A stretch of 64,000 nucleotides of DNA from Minisyncoccota bacterium (GTDB taxonomy: Bacteria; Patescibacteriota; Minisyncoccia; Phycocordibacterales; UBA9973), in assembly GCA_031413715.1 (NCBI GenBank), contig JANOFO010000009.1, positions 94,866 to 158,865 on the forward strand, given 5' to 3'. This document shows positions 1 to 9,601 of the stretch, in pieces (within the stretch, counting starts at the first letter, position 1; each line of letters begins with the position of its first letter). A program made the position numbers and the translations under genes. The notes under the pieces were generated by a model, which searched no databases, was not told the DNA's origin, and was given only the letters and a program-made list of their open reading frames with translations.

Positions 1-94
1 GAAGTGAATACTCATACTGGCAAGAAAATCTGCCAAGATTTGGGTATTCCAATAATAAAGAAAAAATAGTTATGAACTCCGAAACTAGAAATTG

Positions 95-137
95 CCCCGC
101 CTGATATCGCTTGATGCCGAAAGCTATGGCGGGCAGG
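95..137. repeat. GC-rich hairpin element, copy 1. Ends are CCCCGCCTG ... GGCGGGCAGG, which can pair as a CCCGCC/GGCGGG stem.
   Basis: The same terminal motifs recur at 63333..63400, where they are inserted into a tRNA-like sequence. The element is GC-rich in an AT-rich context and lies just upstream of the first Cys-rich gene. Confidence 0.45.
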
Positions 138-147
138 CAAAATTAAA

Positions 148-1845
148 ATGAATGACCTAACAGAAAAAAGAATATGTCAGAATTGTAAGGGTGACTTTAT
201 GATCGAACCAGATGATTTTGGGTTTTATGAGAAGTTAAACGTTACTCCGCCAACACATTGTCCAGATTGCAGACGACAGCGCCGACTATCTTGGCGGAAT
301 GATTATGTGTTTTATAATCGCGAATGTGATTTATGTAGGAGAAAAATAATTTCTATTTATTCTCCAGATAACCTTCAAGTTATTTATTGCAATAAATGCT
401 GGTGGAGCGATGCGTGGGATCCAAAAGAATATGCTCAAGATTTTGACTTTAATCGTCCATTCTTTGATCAATTTAGTGAATTCCGACAAAAGATACCTAC
501 TTTAGCGCTTGTTAATGATAACGGAAGTGGTAGTGAAAATTGCGAATATGTACAAAATGTTCAATACAGCCGTAATTGCTATATGGCAATGGTGGCGTGG
601 AAGATAGAAGATTGCATGTATTTCTCATATGGGGCTGATGCCAAAGGAGCTGTTGATTGTATGGGAATATTTGGCACAAGCGATGGGATTTATGAAGCAT
701 TATATAGTGAAAAATGCTTCGGTTCCCGCTATATCCAAAATTGCACATCCCTGATTAATTGTTCTCTTTGTTACGATTGTCACGGTTGTGATAGCTGTTT
801 TATGTCAGTTGGATTACGAAATAAAAAATATTATTTTAAAAATCAGGAATATTCAAAGGAAGAATATGAGAAAATTGTAAAAGAATATAAGCTCAACACT
901 TATTCTGGCACAGAAAAAGCCCTTCTAGAATTCAATGAATTTGCCCTGACTCAACCTCATAAATACAGTTTCTTGCTTAATTGCGCTACATCTACAGGCA
1001 ACAATCTTGTGAATAGTAAAAATGCATTCTCAGTATTCCATGTCCGTCGTGCTGAAGATTGTAAATATCTTGAAAACGGAGACACGGAAAAGGATAGTCA
1101 TGATCTATGCGTTGGGGGAGAGTTAGAACAATGTTATGAAGGCCTTACTCCTGATCACTCACGAAAAGCTCTCTTTACTAATTACACCTGGAAATCATCC
1201 GATGTGTTGTATACAGATTTTTGCATGTCTTGTGCTGATTGCTTTGGATGTGTTGGACTTAAGCATGCAAAATATTCTATTTTCAATAAAGAATACTCGA
1301 AGACAGAATACCAATCTCTCAAAGAGAATATTATTGAGCACATGAAAAAAACAGGTGAGTGGTGTGAATTTTTTCCAATGAAGTATTCGCCTTTTGCATA
1401 TAATGAGTCCATGGCTGAATTATCATTTCCTTTATTAGAAGAGGAAACCAAGAAAAAAGGTTTACGTTTTCAAGAAAATATCCAGCAAACTAGAGGGAAA
1501 ACAACATTAGTTGAAATTCCTGATGCAATTGAAGATGTATCTGACTTAATTACACAAGAGATACTTGGATGTGTGGAGTGTCATAGAAATTATAAAATAA
1601 TTGTTGATGAATTAAATTTCTATAAAAAATGGCGGATACCTGTGCCACACAAATGCTTTTTTTGTCGTCTCAAACGGCGTTTTGAGTTGCGAGGTCCCTC
1701 TACACTCTGGTACCGTTCATGTATGTGTAAGCAAGAAGGGCACGATCATACTGCAGATTGCGGAAATGAATTTGAGACTCCATATGCTCCTGGTAGACCT
1801 GAGATCATTTATTGTGAGTCTTGTTATCAAAAAGAGGTAATATAA
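148..1845 (+). CDS. Cysteine-rich multi-zinc-ribbon protein of unknown function (paralog 1 of a tandem pair).
   Basis: 565-aa ORF. The N-terminal ribbon is CQNCKGDF-IEPDDFGFYEK...CPDCRRQRR and the C-terminal ribbons are C-ECHRNYKII-EL-FY-K...C-FCR and CGNEFETPYAPGRPEIIYCESC. Internal units of the form C-x2-C-x2-C-FG-VGL-x-KY-x-NK-YSK-EY are repeated. It is about 45 percent identical to the downstream ORF by eye. Confidence 0.6.
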   Translation: MNDLTEKRICQNCKGDFMIEPDDFGFYEKLNVTPPTHCPDCRRQRRLSWRNDYVFYNRECDLCRRKIISIYSPDNLQVIYCNKCWWSDAWDPKEYAQDFDFNRPFFDQFSEFRQKIPTLALVNDNGSGSENCEYVQNVQYSRNCYMAMVAWKIEDCMYFSYGADAKGAVDCMGIFGTSDGIYEALYSEKCFGSRYIQNCTSLINCSLCYDCHGCDSCFMSVGLRNKKYYFKNQEYSKEEYEKIVKEYKLNTYSGTEKALLEFNEFALTQPHKYSFLLNCATSTGNNLVNSKNAFSVFHVRRAEDCKYLENGDTEKDSHDLCVGGELEQCYEGLTPDHSRKALFTNYTWKSSDVLYTDFCMSCADCFGCVGLKHAKYSIFNKEYSKTEYQSLKENIIEHMKKTGEWCEFFPMKYSPFAYNESMAELSFPLLEEETKKKGLRFQENIQQTRGKTTLVEIPDAIEDVSDLITQEILGCVECHRNYKIIVDELNFYKKWRIPVPHKCFFCRLKRRFELRGPSTLWYRSCMCKQEGHDHTADCGNEFETPYAPGRPEIIYCESCYQKEVI

Positions 1846-1849
1846 ATAT

Positions 1850-3577
1850 ATGGAAACCCGAAACTGCCAAAATTGTAAAAAAGATTTCAACATAGAACCA
1901 GATGATTTTGGGTTTTATGAGAAAATCAGCGTACCTGCGCCGACTTTTTGCCCAGATTGTCGAAGGCAAAGACGCTGGGCATGGCGCAACAATATGTCTC
2001 TCTATTCCCGAAAGTGCGAGCAATGTGATAAATCAGTTGTTTCTCTATATTCTCCAGAATCTGATTTTACTGTCTATTGCAATAAATGTTGGTGGAAAGA
2101 TACGTGGAGTCCAATTGATGATGGAGTAGACTATGATTTTTCTAGGCCATTCTTTTCGCAATTTAGGGATTTGCTACAAAAAGTACCTCAAATAGCTGTA
2201 GTCAACGATGATGGAATCGCAAGTATCAATTGTGAGTACACTCATGACTGGTGGTTTTCAAAAGATTGCTATATGTGCTTTGTAGGTTGGCGTGCAGAAA
2301 ATGTCATGTACAGCTTCTTTGTCCTTGCTGGTAAGAATATGATGGACTGCATGAATATTCGCTCCACAAACGAATGGATGTATGAGTGTATAATGTCGAG
2401 CCAATCCTATCAGCTTAAATATTCAGAATTCTCAAAATCATGCTTGAATTCACAATTCCTGTACAATTGCGTAGGTTGCTCCGATTGCTTCATGTGCTTT
2501 GGTCTTCATAATAAGAAATATAATTTCAAGAACGAGCAGTACTCTAAAGAGGAATATGAAAAAATACTTGAGAGTTATAGACTCGATACATTTTCAGGAG
2601 TAGAGAAAGCAAATAAAGAGTTTAATTCTTTGCTTACTAAATTCCATAGAAGATTTGCTCAGATATATCATAGTACAAATTGTACTGGTGATATTATTTC
2701 TTTTTCAAAAAATGTAAAGAATTCTTTTATCATTAAAAATGGTGAAAATATTAAATATTCTGATTTTGCAGGAGGTAGTGCTGGATCGAAAGATTCTTAC
2801 GACATAACTACTTCAGGAGAAATGTCAGAATGTTATGAAACGATAGTCGCGGATCATTCGCAGCTAAATCTGTTTGGAATCTTCTCAGTCAAAAGTCAGG
2901 ATATACGTTATTCTCAACATTGCCACAATTGTAAACATGTTTTTGGTTGTGTTGGGCTTCGTAACTCTAGTTACTGCATTTTAAATAAACAGTATACAAA
3001 AGAAGAATACGAAGCATTACTTCCTAAGGTAATCGAGCATATGAATACTATGCCGTATATCGACAAAATGGGTATAGTCTATAAGTACGGAGAATTTTAT
3101 CCTATTGAGCTGTCTGTGTTTGGATATAATGAATCCCACGCACCTGAGCTAGTGCCATTTTCAAAAGAAGAAGCACAGATTCGAGGATACAATTGGCAGG
3201 ACAATGTTCAAAGAACAACAGGAAAGGAAACCATAACACCCGAAAATATCCCTGAATCTATTCACGATATCTCTGATACAATCACTGATGAAGTACTTTC
3301 TTGTATAGAGTGTAAGAGGAATTACAAAATAATTCCAAATGAACTAACTTTCTATCGCAAGATGCTGATACCTATTCCACGAAGATGCTTCTATTGTCGT
3401 CATCAGGCTCGTATTAACAAAAGGAATCCTTTCAAACTCTGGCATAGAGCTTGTATGTGTGATATGAAAGGACATGAACACGAAGGGAAGTGTGCTATTG
3501 AATTTGAGACAACTTATTCACCCGAGAGACCCGAAGCCATATACTGCGAAAAGTGCTTTCAAATAGAATTTAATTAG
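1850..3577 (+). CDS. Cysteine-rich multi-zinc-ribbon protein of unknown function (paralog 2).
   Basis: 575-aa ORF starting 5 nt after paralog 1. It has the same N-terminal CxNCKKDF-IEPDDFGFYEK...CPDCRRQRR motif, the same C-terminal CIECKRNYKII...CFYCR and GKCAIEFETTYSPERPEAIYCEKC motifs, and the same internal Cys-rich repeat units. Confidence 0.6.
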   Translation: METRNCQNCKKDFNIEPDDFGFYEKISVPAPTFCPDCRRQRRWAWRNNMSLYSRKCEQCDKSVVSLYSPESDFTVYCNKCWWKDTWSPIDDGVDYDFSRPFFSQFRDLLQKVPQIAVVNDDGIASINCEYTHDWWFSKDCYMCFVGWRAENVMYSFFVLAGKNMMDCMNIRSTNEWMYECIMSSQSYQLKYSEFSKSCLNSQFLYNCVGCSDCFMCFGLHNKKYNFKNEQYSKEEYEKILESYRLDTFSGVEKANKEFNSLLTKFHRRFAQIYHSTNCTGDIISFSKNVKNSFIIKNGENIKYSDFAGGSAGSKDSYDITTSGEMSECYETIVADHSQLNLFGIFSVKSQDIRYSQHCHNCKHVFGCVGLRNSSYCILNKQYTKEEYEALLPKVIEHMNTMPYIDKMGIVYKYGEFYPIELSVFGYNESHAPELVPFSKEEAQIRGYNWQDNVQRTTGKETITPENIPESIHDISDTITDEVLSCIECKRNYKIIPNELTFYRKMLIPIPRRCFYCRHQARINKRNPFKLWHRACMCDMKGHEHEGKCAIEFETTYSPERPEAIYCEKCFQIEFN

Positions 3578-3605
3578 TCTATCTAATCGTGTATAATATC
3601 CCTGT

Positions 3606-4187
3606 ATGACTGAAACAATAGAATTTTTCGCAAACTATAAACATATATCTGTGATTATTCACGTCTTGTCTGTGGTTGCTGGCATGGGGGCGGCACTTAT
3701 TTCGGATGTGCTATTTAATATTTATATCAAGGACAGGAAAATCCAAGCGAATGAAGATCGGACACTCGCTACGCTTTCCAATATTATATGGATTAGTCTT
3801 TTCTTTATAATTCTCAGTGGACTCGCGCTTTTTCTTTCGGAACCTCTCAAGTACGCTTATTCAGTGAAATTTTTAGTGAAAATGACGATTGTTGCGGTGA
3901 TTATCGTAAATGGCTACGCTTTCTGGAGATTGATTCACCCTGCGCTACGCAAAATGAATTTCACCGATACGAACATGCATCATAAATACGTGAAGCTTCG
4001 CAAAGTATCATTTGCCATGGGAGCGATATCGCTTGCCTCATGGCTCTCTGCATTCATACTCGGCATGCTCGGGCATATTCCGCTCACATATCTTGAAGCG
4101 ATTGCCGGCTACATGGCTATATGTTTCGGCGGCATTCTTGTCAGTCAGATCATTGAATATCGAATGACACATGGAAGAGCGGATTAA
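3606..4187 (+). CDS. Hypothetical integral membrane protein (about 4-5 TM helices).
   Basis: 193-aa ORF dominated by hydrophobic helical segments. I recognise no family. Confidence 0.5.
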   Translation: MTETIEFFANYKHISVIIHVLSVVAGMGAALISDVLFNIYIKDRKIQANEDRTLATLSNIIWISLFFIILSGLALFLSEPLKYAYSVKFLVKMTIVAVIIVNGYAFWRLIHPALRKMNFTDTNMHHKYVKLRKVSFAMGAISLASWLSAFILGMLGHIPLTYLEAIAGYMAICFGGILVSQIIEYRMTHGRAD

Positions 4188-4236
4188 CTTATACTCAATT
4201 TATACGATCGTTAGAAATGAGTATAAAGTAGTGTAG

Positions 4237-4830
4237 CTACTTGTTAGTAAACAGTCCAGATAGATATTTTTTCTTTATTCCTATAATTATAATCGTGTTG
4301 GCTATAAGCAAATAAAGCGGAAAAGCGAAATTTAAAAAATAAAAATCAGTAATAATCAAAAAAGTAACAAGCGAACTAAGGTTGCCATAAAGATATGGCC
4401 CAATGCTCTCTGTCTCACTATGCTTCCAAGCTTTTAGAATGGTTGGAAGTCCTGCAAAAAGATCGGCAAGGATTGCAAATAGTACAGAAAGATTCGCATT
4501 CTTTGTTGTGACCCAGATAATAATCGCGCTGAGAGAAAGAGCGCCACATATAATATCAAACATTGTTACTTTCCAATATGAATGTTTATTGAAAAAAGAA
4601 GCGAGGACTACGAGCAGAGGTCCAAACCCCGCCATAAACGTACTTACTAAAAGGGGAGTAGAAACTCCAGATCTGTAAAGAACATATACTCCCACGAACG
4701 GAGCAATCGTCCAAAAGATCCATGAGACGCGATTTGGCTTTGTCTTCCCTAGGAAAGTATCCTTGATGTAGAAGAAAATTCCGAGAAGACTAATAACAAT
4801 CGTAAAATAGGCGAAATATTCAGGAAGCAT
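4237..4830 (-). CDS. Hypothetical integral membrane protein.
   Basis: 197-aa ORF with multiple hydrophobic helices. I recognise no family. Confidence 0.5.
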   Translation of the reverse strand: MLPEYFAYFTIVISLLGIFFYIKDTFLGKTKPNRVSWIFWTIAPFVGVYVLYRSGVSTPLLVSTFMAGFGPLLVVLASFFNKHSYWKVTMFDIICGALSLSAIIIWVTTKNANLSVLFAILADLFAGLPTILKAWKHSETESIGPYLYGNLSSLVTFLIITDFYFLNFAFPLYLLIANTIIIIGIKKKYLSGLFTNK

Positions 4831-4940
4831 AATGTGGGAATTATAATACTTTTTTAGATATGTGTAAATGTGTCTTTTGATGAATTTACTTTATACTGAT
4901 ATAATTAGTCATTACAAGGTAACGTTTCTCATAAATAGAT

Positions 4941-5939
4941 ATGAAAACAAAACTAGAGTACGTATGGCTTGATGGTTATACTCCAGAGGCAAGTTTGCGA
5001 AGCAAGACGAAAGTTGTCGACGGTAAAATTAAAGATTTAAAAGATGTACCCGAATGGTCTTTTGACGGAAGTTCGACAAAGCAGGCTGCCGGTCACTATT
5101 CAGATTGCCTGCTTCGTCCTGTGGCAATGATCCCAGATCCAGGCCGAGCTGATGCGATGCTTGTCATGTGCGAAGTGCTTAATCCCGACGGTACTCCACA
5201 CGAGACAAATGCCCGAGCTCTTGTAAAGGACGTAGCTGATTTGTGGTTCGGTTTTGAGCAGGAGTATGTGATTATGAAAAATGGAAGGCCGGTCGGCTTT
5301 CCAGAAGATGCAGAAAAGTTTCCTGCTCCGCAAGGGCCATACTACTGCGCTATCGGGACAGAAAATATAGCTGGGCGCGATATAGTAGAGAAACACCTTG
5401 ATCTCTGCCTCTCTGCAGGCCTAGGCGTCACAGGCATCAATGCTGAAGTTCTTCTTGGGCAGTGGGAATATCAACTTTTTACAAAAGGAGCATTACTTTC
5501 TGCCGATCTGCTGTGGCTTTCCCGGTATCTACTTATTCGGACAGCCGAGGCGCATAACGTATCGATTACATTTCATCCGAAACCTCTCACTGGGGATTGG
5601 AACGGTTCCGGCATGCACACAAATTTCTCGAACGAACGCATGCGCACATCTGGCGGCAAGGACTATTTCGAATCTATTTTCAAGGCATTTGAACGCAATC
5701 ATAAGAAGCATATAGATGTCTATGGCTCGCAGAACGACAAGCGTTTGACCGGCAGCCATGAGACGCAGAGCATCAATGCGTTCAGCGTCGGAATCAGCGA
5801 CAGAGGCGCGAGCATTCGCATTCCTCAGACGACGGTTGGCCATGATTATAAAGGATATCTCGAAGACCGCCGTCCCTCAGCCCATGCCGATCCCTATAAG
5901 ATTGTCAAAGTCATAAGCGAAACCCTGGCTGAAGCTTAA
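4941..5939 (+). CDS. glnII: Glutamine synthetase type II (eukaryote-like GS-II).
   Basis: It is nearly collinear with eukaryotic/GS-II sequences. The N-terminus has EYVWLDGY and EWSFDGSSTKQAAGHYSDCLLRPVAM-PDP. The middle has GPYYCAIG and GINAEVLLGQWEYQ. The catalytic region has NWNGSGMHTNFS. The C-terminus has RIPQTTVGHDYKGYLEDRRPSAHADPY. GC is visibly higher than in flanking genes. Confidence 0.9.
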   Translation: MKTKLEYVWLDGYTPEASLRSKTKVVDGKIKDLKDVPEWSFDGSSTKQAAGHYSDCLLRPVAMIPDPGRADAMLVMCEVLNPDGTPHETNARALVKDVADLWFGFEQEYVIMKNGRPVGFPEDAEKFPAPQGPYYCAIGTENIAGRDIVEKHLDLCLSAGLGVTGINAEVLLGQWEYQLFTKGALLSADLLWLSRYLLIRTAEAHNVSITFHPKPLTGDWNGSGMHTNFSNERMRTSGGKDYFESIFKAFERNHKKHIDVYGSQNDKRLTGSHETQSINAFSVGISDRGASIRIPQTTVGHDYKGYLEDRRPSAHADPYKIVKVISETLAEA

Positions 5940-6003
5940 ATAATAATTCTCCTTTAAATTTCATTCCATAAACAAGGTTTTTGTTGTATAATAAAGCTAA
6001 TCT

Positions 6004-8124
6004 ATGGACAACAACATTCCACAAAACCGCGATATAACCTACTTTGGTCGGACCAATTTTCGCAGCACGAACAATATCTTCGGCATAAAGCGTAAAGATA
6101 GGCGTCAGCACATGTACGTCCTTGGTAAATCTGGTACTGGTAAATCTGTCCTCCTCTCAAACCTCATTGTCCAAAATATCAATAATGGCGAAGGTGTCTG
6201 TGTTGTTGATCCGCACGGCGAACTCGTCGAAGAAATCCTTCACCTCATTCCCGATCATCGTGCTAAAGATGTAATCTATTTCAATCCGGCAGATATCGAT
6301 TTCAATGTCGGGTTCAATGTTATCGCCCTCGAAGATCCAAAGTACAAACACTTGGTTGCCTCGGGGCTGATGGGAATATTTACCAAGATCTGGGCTAATG
6401 CTTGGAGCTCTCGTATGGAATATATTCTCAATAACGCTATCTTAGCGCTTCTCGATACTCCCGGCACAACCCTTCTTGGTATCCCAAGACTTCTCGTCGA
6501 CAAAGATTATCGTCAGATGATCATCGGCAATTTAAAAGATCCAGTTGTGAAAGCCTTCTGGGTGCATGAATATGAACAATGGCGTGAACAGTTTCGTAAC
6601 GAAGCCATCGCTCCGATTCAGAACAAAGTCGGACAATTCCTCTCTACCTCTATCATCCGTAATGTCGTCGGGCAATCAAAGTCTACAATCGATATCTTCA
6701 AGATCATGAACGAAGGAAAGATATTCTTGGTCAACGTGTCCAAAGGTCGTGTTGGTGAAGACAACTCAGCACTTCTTGGAGGCATGATTATTACAAAGAT
6801 TCAGCTTGCTGCTATGGAGCGTGTCCGTATCCCCGAGGATGAACGCAAGGACTTCTACTTGTATGTGGATGAGTTCCAAAACTTCGCGACTGATTCATTT
6901 GCAAATATTCTTTCAGAAGCTCGAAAATATCGTCTTAATCTTATCATTGCTCACCAATACACTGCACAACTTTCCAATGAAAATGGCACGGCTGTCCGCG
7001 ATGCAGTTTTCGGCAACGTTGGTACGATGATCATCTTTCGTGTTGGCGCTGATGATGCTGAATTCATAGAGAAAGAATTTGAACCAGAATTTACGGCTCA
7101 AGATCTGGTGAATTTGCCGAACTACCACATATATTTAAAACTCATGATTGATGGAGTTACGAGCAGGCCATTCTCGGCGAGTACGCTTCCACCAATGAAA
7201 ATTGACCTGTCTGCTGGTGTGAAAGAGAAGATTATCGAAACATCTCGCAGATTGTATGCCCGACCGCGCGAAGAAGTAGAAATGGAGATTTCCAAGTGGA
7301 GTGGTATGCTCCAAGTTGGTGATGAAGCAGCAAAATTTAAAGCTGACTGTTCGAACTGTGGCAAAGTCACTATGGTGCCTTTCGAGCCAAAAGAAGGCCG
7401 ACCCGTATATTGCAAGGACTGTATGTTCAAGATCAAAAGCGGGGAACTCAAGCCTCAAACGGGATTTGTGGCTTCGCGTTCCGCTCGCCAAGATGAGAGG
7501 ACCTCAACCCAACCCCTTGCCCTCCTTGGTATCGAATTCCAAAGTACTGGTACTAAACCGCCTGAGATAAAGCCTCGAGTATCTACTCCATCAAACTTCT
7601 CAAAATCATCTCCAAATTCAAATACAAGAGCTCCTTTTATTCCAGGGCAACGAACTGATAATAAACCGCCCGAAAGAAAGCATTCTGGCCCATCACCTCT
7701 ACTCCGAGGTTTGCTTGAAAAGATAGGTATGGAAAATAATAAACCCGTGCCACCAAAGGTAGCGTCCCAAGTGACTGAAGTTAAAACGATTCCAGTACCT
7801 CCGCCAATGTCTCTTTCGAGTTTGAAGAAACCTACCCCGAATGAAGTGGGAAAATCTTCTTCTCAAGCTACACCCCCTCTACCAATAAAGGAAGCATCAG
7901 AAGAAAAAAAAGCAACCCTCAAGGATTTGCTCGCTCGCGCCACCGCTTCAAAGCCAGAAGAGAAAAAAGAAGAAACTAGGCCAAGCCACGAATTTACTAA
8001 TTCGCCTATACCAGTTCCTCCTATTCCACAAGCCAAACAGGAAGATACAAAAACAGATACATGGCAGAAACGTACTGCTGAGAAAGAAGTTCCAGAAGAA
8101 GTTTTAAGAAAAGTATTAGAGTAA
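6004..8124 (+). CDS. VirD4/TraD-like (T4CP, FtsK-HerA superfamily) P-loop ATPase with a C-terminal zinc ribbon and a long disordered P/S/K/E-rich tail. It has no N-terminal TM segment.
   Basis: The Walker A motif is VLGKSGTGKS, followed by VCVVDPHGE and IYFNPADIDF-VGFNVI, which look like T4CP motifs. The Walker B motif is FYLYVDEFQNF, followed by LIIAHQYTAQL. The C-terminus has CSNCGKVTMVPFEPKEGRPVYCKDC and then about 250 residues of low-complexity sequence. GC is higher than the window average. Confidence 0.6.
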   Translation: MDNNIPQNRDITYFGRTNFRSTNNIFGIKRKDRRQHMYVLGKSGTGKSVLLSNLIVQNINNGEGVCVVDPHGELVEEILHLIPDHRAKDVIYFNPADIDFNVGFNVIALEDPKYKHLVASGLMGIFTKIWANAWSSRMEYILNNAILALLDTPGTTLLGIPRLLVDKDYRQMIIGNLKDPVVKAFWVHEYEQWREQFRNEAIAPIQNKVGQFLSTSIIRNVVGQSKSTIDIFKIMNEGKIFLVNVSKGRVGEDNSALLGGMIITKIQLAAMERVRIPEDERKDFYLYVDEFQNFATDSFANILSEARKYRLNLIIAHQYTAQLSNENGTAVRDAVFGNVGTMIIFRVGADDAEFIEKEFEPEFTAQDLVNLPNYHIYLKLMIDGVTSRPFSASTLPPMKIDLSAGVKEKIIETSRRLYARPREEVEMEISKWSGMLQVGDEAAKFKADCSNCGKVTMVPFEPKEGRPVYCKDCMFKIKSGELKPQTGFVASRSARQDERTSTQPLALLGIEFQSTGTKPPEIKPRVSTPSNFSKSSPNSNTRAPFIPGQRTDNKPPERKHSGPSPLLRGLLEKIGMENNKPVPPKVASQVTEVKTIPVPPPMSLSSLKKPTPNEVGKSSSQATPPLPIKEASEEKKATLKDLLARATASKPEEKKEETRPSHEFTNSPIPVPPIPQAKQEDTKTDTWQKRTAEKEVPEEVLRKVLE

Positions 8125-8164
8125 ATTTAAGATAAATTTATCAGCGTTTGTTTACGATAGATTT

Positions 8165-9565
8165 ATGATGACGAATAGAATATTTTATTTTTGCGCCACT
8201 TTTATTGTAGTGTTTTTTGCGTTTGGTCGTCTAGCTCATGCAGGATTTGAAATCAGCGAAATTATGTACGATCTCGATGGTACTGATACCAATCGTGAAT
8301 GGGTTGAAGTGGAGAATACTGGAACTGAATCGGCTGATCTTTCGAAATGGTTCTTCTTTTCTGATAATTCCAAGCATGTCCTTGTCTCACAAGGAGAGTC
8401 TATGGTACCACCTGGCGGATTTGCGGTTGTTGCTCAGAATGTAGGCCGTTTTAGGAGTGATTGGCCAAATTTCTTAGGACTTCTATTTGATAGCAGTTGG
8501 ACTGGTTTCAATAATGAAGGGGAAACGATTGCACTCAAAGATCCTGATCTAAATCTTTTGAGCAATGTAGCCTTTACCGCGACTCAAGGCGCATCCGGTG
8601 ACGGTAATTCACTTCAGAAAGTTACCAACACTTGGTTTGCCGCAGTTCCTACACCAGGTGCGACCAATCAGTCAGGCTCTTTCGATGAAGGCGTAGATAA
8701 AACGTCAAATCCTACTTCTCCATCACCTGTCAAAAAGAAAGAAATTGAAGTACCGAAAATTACTACGAATATAATTACAAAAAGCACTGTTTTTTCCGGC
8801 ATACCATTTGAAGTTGATGCGACTACGTTTGGCTATAGCAAAGAGCCTATTAAGATGGGTCGCTTTGTATGGAATTTTGGTGATGGAACAATGAAGACTG
8901 AATATGAACATGCAAAATTTGAGCATGAATACCACTATCCAGGAGAGTATGTCATCATGCTTTCTTATTATCGTGCTTGGACTGGTCCAGTCCTAGAGGC
9001 GACTGACCGTGTCGCTATCACTGTTATTCCACCCCTGTTATCTATCAGTTCGGTAGGCAAGGCCAGTGATCCATATGTGGAGATTAGTAATAAATCTACT
9101 TTAGAAGTTGATCTCTCGAGATGGATAATCCAAGGATCAATACATCCTTTCGTAATACCTGAAGGCACTATTATTTTGCCAAATCAGAAGCTCCGTTTTG
9201 GAAGCCGAGCTACAAATTTTAGCATCTATGACATGCAGTCTATAATCTTGCTCAATACCAACAAGGAATCCTTAGCCACTTATCCAGTAGGTTATAAAGG
9301 GGCATCATCTTCCCCAAAAAGTGGGTCGACTGCAGATGTTGTTTCGAATTCTAGTTCACCGTCGGTCATCAATCTAAATGATCTAGGCGCAAGTGCAAAT
9401 GATGCAAAGAGTATAAAAAGTTTACCAGGCAATATCTTTGCTTGGATGGGATCGATTGGGATAATTATCATTGGACTCGTCAGCATCATTCTTATTCATC
9501 GAAAGGGTTCAAAAGAGGCTCCTAACAAAGAATTAGAAGTTGAAGACATGAAGATCATAGAGTAG
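8165..9565 (+). CDS. Secreted or cell-surface protein with a lamin-tail domain (LTD), a PKD-like domain, a second LTD-like domain, and a C-terminal TM anchor.
   Basis: An N-terminal signal peptide is followed by an LTD signature (FEISEIMYDLDGTDTNREWVEVENTG-DLS-W...GETIALKDPD). The PKD-like motif is FVWNFGDGT...EYHYPGEYVIM. A C-terminal hydrophobic helix (IGIIIIGLVSIILI) gives the membrane anchor. Confidence 0.7.
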   Translation: MMTNRIFYFCATFIVVFFAFGRLAHAGFEISEIMYDLDGTDTNREWVEVENTGTESADLSKWFFFSDNSKHVLVSQGESMVPPGGFAVVAQNVGRFRSDWPNFLGLLFDSSWTGFNNEGETIALKDPDLNLLSNVAFTATQGASGDGNSLQKVTNTWFAAVPTPGATNQSGSFDEGVDKTSNPTSPSPVKKKEIEVPKITTNIITKSTVFSGIPFEVDATTFGYSKEPIKMGRFVWNFGDGTMKTEYEHAKFEHEYHYPGEYVIMLSYYRAWTGPVLEATDRVAITVIPPLLSISSVGKASDPYVEISNKSTLEVDLSRWIIQGSIHPFVIPEGTIILPNQKLRFGSRATNFSIYDMQSIILLNTNKESLATYPVGYKGASSSPKSGSTADVVSNSSSPSVINLNDLGASANDAKSIKSLPGNIFAWMGSIGIIIIGLVSIILIHRKGSKEAPNKELEVEDMKIIE

Positions 9566-9601
9566 CTTCGCTCCGAACTCTTTTTTTGCTAGAATGGGCA
9601 T

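Noticed and set aside
512-1451. Short antisense or alternate-frame ORFs inside the Cys-rich gene (512..748-, 1136..1345+, 1182..1451-). The many similar 60-130 aa overlapping ORFs throughout the track fall in the same class, e.g. 5100..5396-, 6913..7491-, 29175..29874-, 44705..45046+ and 57007..58296-.
   Set aside because: They are fully embedded in longer ORFs that have clear protein-family signatures. They have no independent signals, and their low-complexity translations are typical of AT-rich antisense frames.
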